DNA of 45,310 nucleotides from an uncultured Ignavibacteriales bacterium (GTDB lineage Bacteria; Zixibacteria; MSB-5A5; GN15; FEB-12): NCBI GenBank assembly GCA_964630485.1, contig CAZVUZ010000007.1, positions 1 to 45,310 of the forward strand, read 5' to 3'. Shown piece by piece: positions 44,448 to 45,310 of this stretch (position 1 is its first letter; each line of letters starts with the position of its first letter). The notes under the pieces were generated by a model. It saw only the letters and a program-made list of their open reading frames with translations, ran no database searches and was not told where the DNA came from. The position numbers and the translations under genes were made by a program.

Positions 44448-45138
44448 CAAGTTCCTTTCCCAACAGCAGCCGCACCAGTTCGAGATCGTCGCGCGTGGTT
44501 ACCTTTATATTGGGCCCCTCCGGCTCCAGCACAGTGACTTTGAAACCGTCGGCTTCCACCACCGAAGCATCGTCGGTGATCTGCAGGCGATCGTCACTTG
44601 CCGCGGCTTTCTCATGAGCCGCGACTATGAGATCGTATTGGAACACCTGCGGTGTCTGGGCCAGGTAGAGCAACCGCCGATCGAGGGTGGCCAGAACGAG
44701 CCCGTCGGCAACGCGCTTGACGGTGTCGGCCACCGGGACGGCGAGCATGGCGGCGCGCTCCTCGTGTGCGGCTTTCACAACGCGGTCGATATCGGCCGGA
44801 TTCACCAGCGGCCGGGCGCCGTCGTGAATAGCCACGAACCCGGTCGACAACGGCAGGGATTTCAACCCCTTCAGCACCGATTCCTGGCGCGTCTCACCGC
44901 CGATCACGACTTTGGATACTTTTCTGAAGTTGTACGGGTCGATGATATTCTCGCTCACGTATAGGAGGTAATCCTCGGCGGAGACGACCACGATTTCGTC
45001 GATGGATGCGGCCTCCTCAAAGCGGCTGATGGTCCACGAGAGCATGGGACGGCCGCAGACTTCGCGGAATTGCTTGGGGACGGTTCCGCCGAAACGGGTG
45101 GCGCTGCCGGCGGCGACTATGAGGGCAACGGTTTTCAT
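44434..45138 (-). CDS. ispD: 2-C-methyl-D-erythritol 4-phosphate cytidylyltransferase
   Basis: 234 aa; AAG..TRFG..PKQF, GGETRQESV, IHDGARP, QTPQ.F, TDDAS, NIKVTT..DL. Confidence 0.96.
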   Translation of the reverse strand: MKTVALIVAAGSATRFGGTVPKQFREVCGRPMLSWTISRFEEAASIDEIVVVSAEDYLLYVSENIIDPYNFRKVSKVVIGGETRQESVLKGLKSLPLSTGFVAIHDGARPLVNPADIDRVVKAAHEERAAMLAVPVADTVKRVADGLVLATLDRRLLYLAQTPQVFQYDLIVAAHEKAAASDDRLQITDDASVVEADGFKVTVLEPEGPNIKVTTRDDLELVRLLLGKELDEKP

Positions 45139-45147
45139 ATCGGGGTC

Positions 45148-45176
45148 ATATTAACACCCGGCGCGATAATTAGCAA
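45148..45176 (-). promoter_or_regulatory. putative near-leaderless sigma70 promoter of the ispD operon
   Basis: minus strand TTGCTA-N17-TAATAT with extended TGn, 9 nt to ATG, no SD. Confidence 0.55.
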
Positions 45177-45310
45177 CTTTGTTGAACGAATTGCGGCTCA
45201 ATGGCCACTTCTTGATGCCATACGGCGATCGCAAATAAATTTTTTATCGATTCTCTTTTTTGTTGAACGCCACGGGGGATGTTCGGTTATAAGAAATACA
45301 CAAGAAAGGA

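Overview
A 45.3 kb bacterial chromosomal segment that is mostly housekeeping, with most genes on the minus strand. The C-terminal dockerin on the secreted protease and the rplM-rpsI-rpsB-tsf-pyrH-frr order suggest an FCB-affiliated lineage such as candidate Zixibacteria; this is inference only. From start to end it contains: a RelE/HigB-XRE toxin-antitoxin pair with a perfect 20-bp operator; an uppS-cdsA-UbiA-NlpC/P60-uvrC operon; a secreted unknown protein and two tandem CBS paralogs sitting between frr and uppS; the translation cluster; ahpC, a small unknown protein, a SprT-like gene, mtnA, yjbQ and an acyl-CoA ligase; a type IV pilus assembly operon (pilM-N-O, an AMIN-linker-PilP fusion, an AMIN-less pilQ and a six-Ig-repeat lipoprotein) preceded by a stand-alone FimT/GspH-like prepilin; an S8 protease with PKD, cohesin-like and dockerin modules; M29, S41, M20 and M42 peptidases; a signal peptidase I homologue lacking both catalytic residues; EamA, SDR, ferritin-like and ABC genes; tRNA-Thr(UGU); cysS; and ispD-ispF-dedA-ddl-HAD. 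The best candidate for an undescribed system is the re-wired pilus alignment complex, where the peptidoglycan-binding AMIN domain sits on a non-lipidated PilP instead of on PilQ and an invasin-like lipoprotein follows the secretin. Recurrent sigma28-like promoter motifs and probable leaderless promoters also stand out. No CRISPR array, rRNA, integrase or transposase was seen. All family calls come from motif recognition, not database searches.
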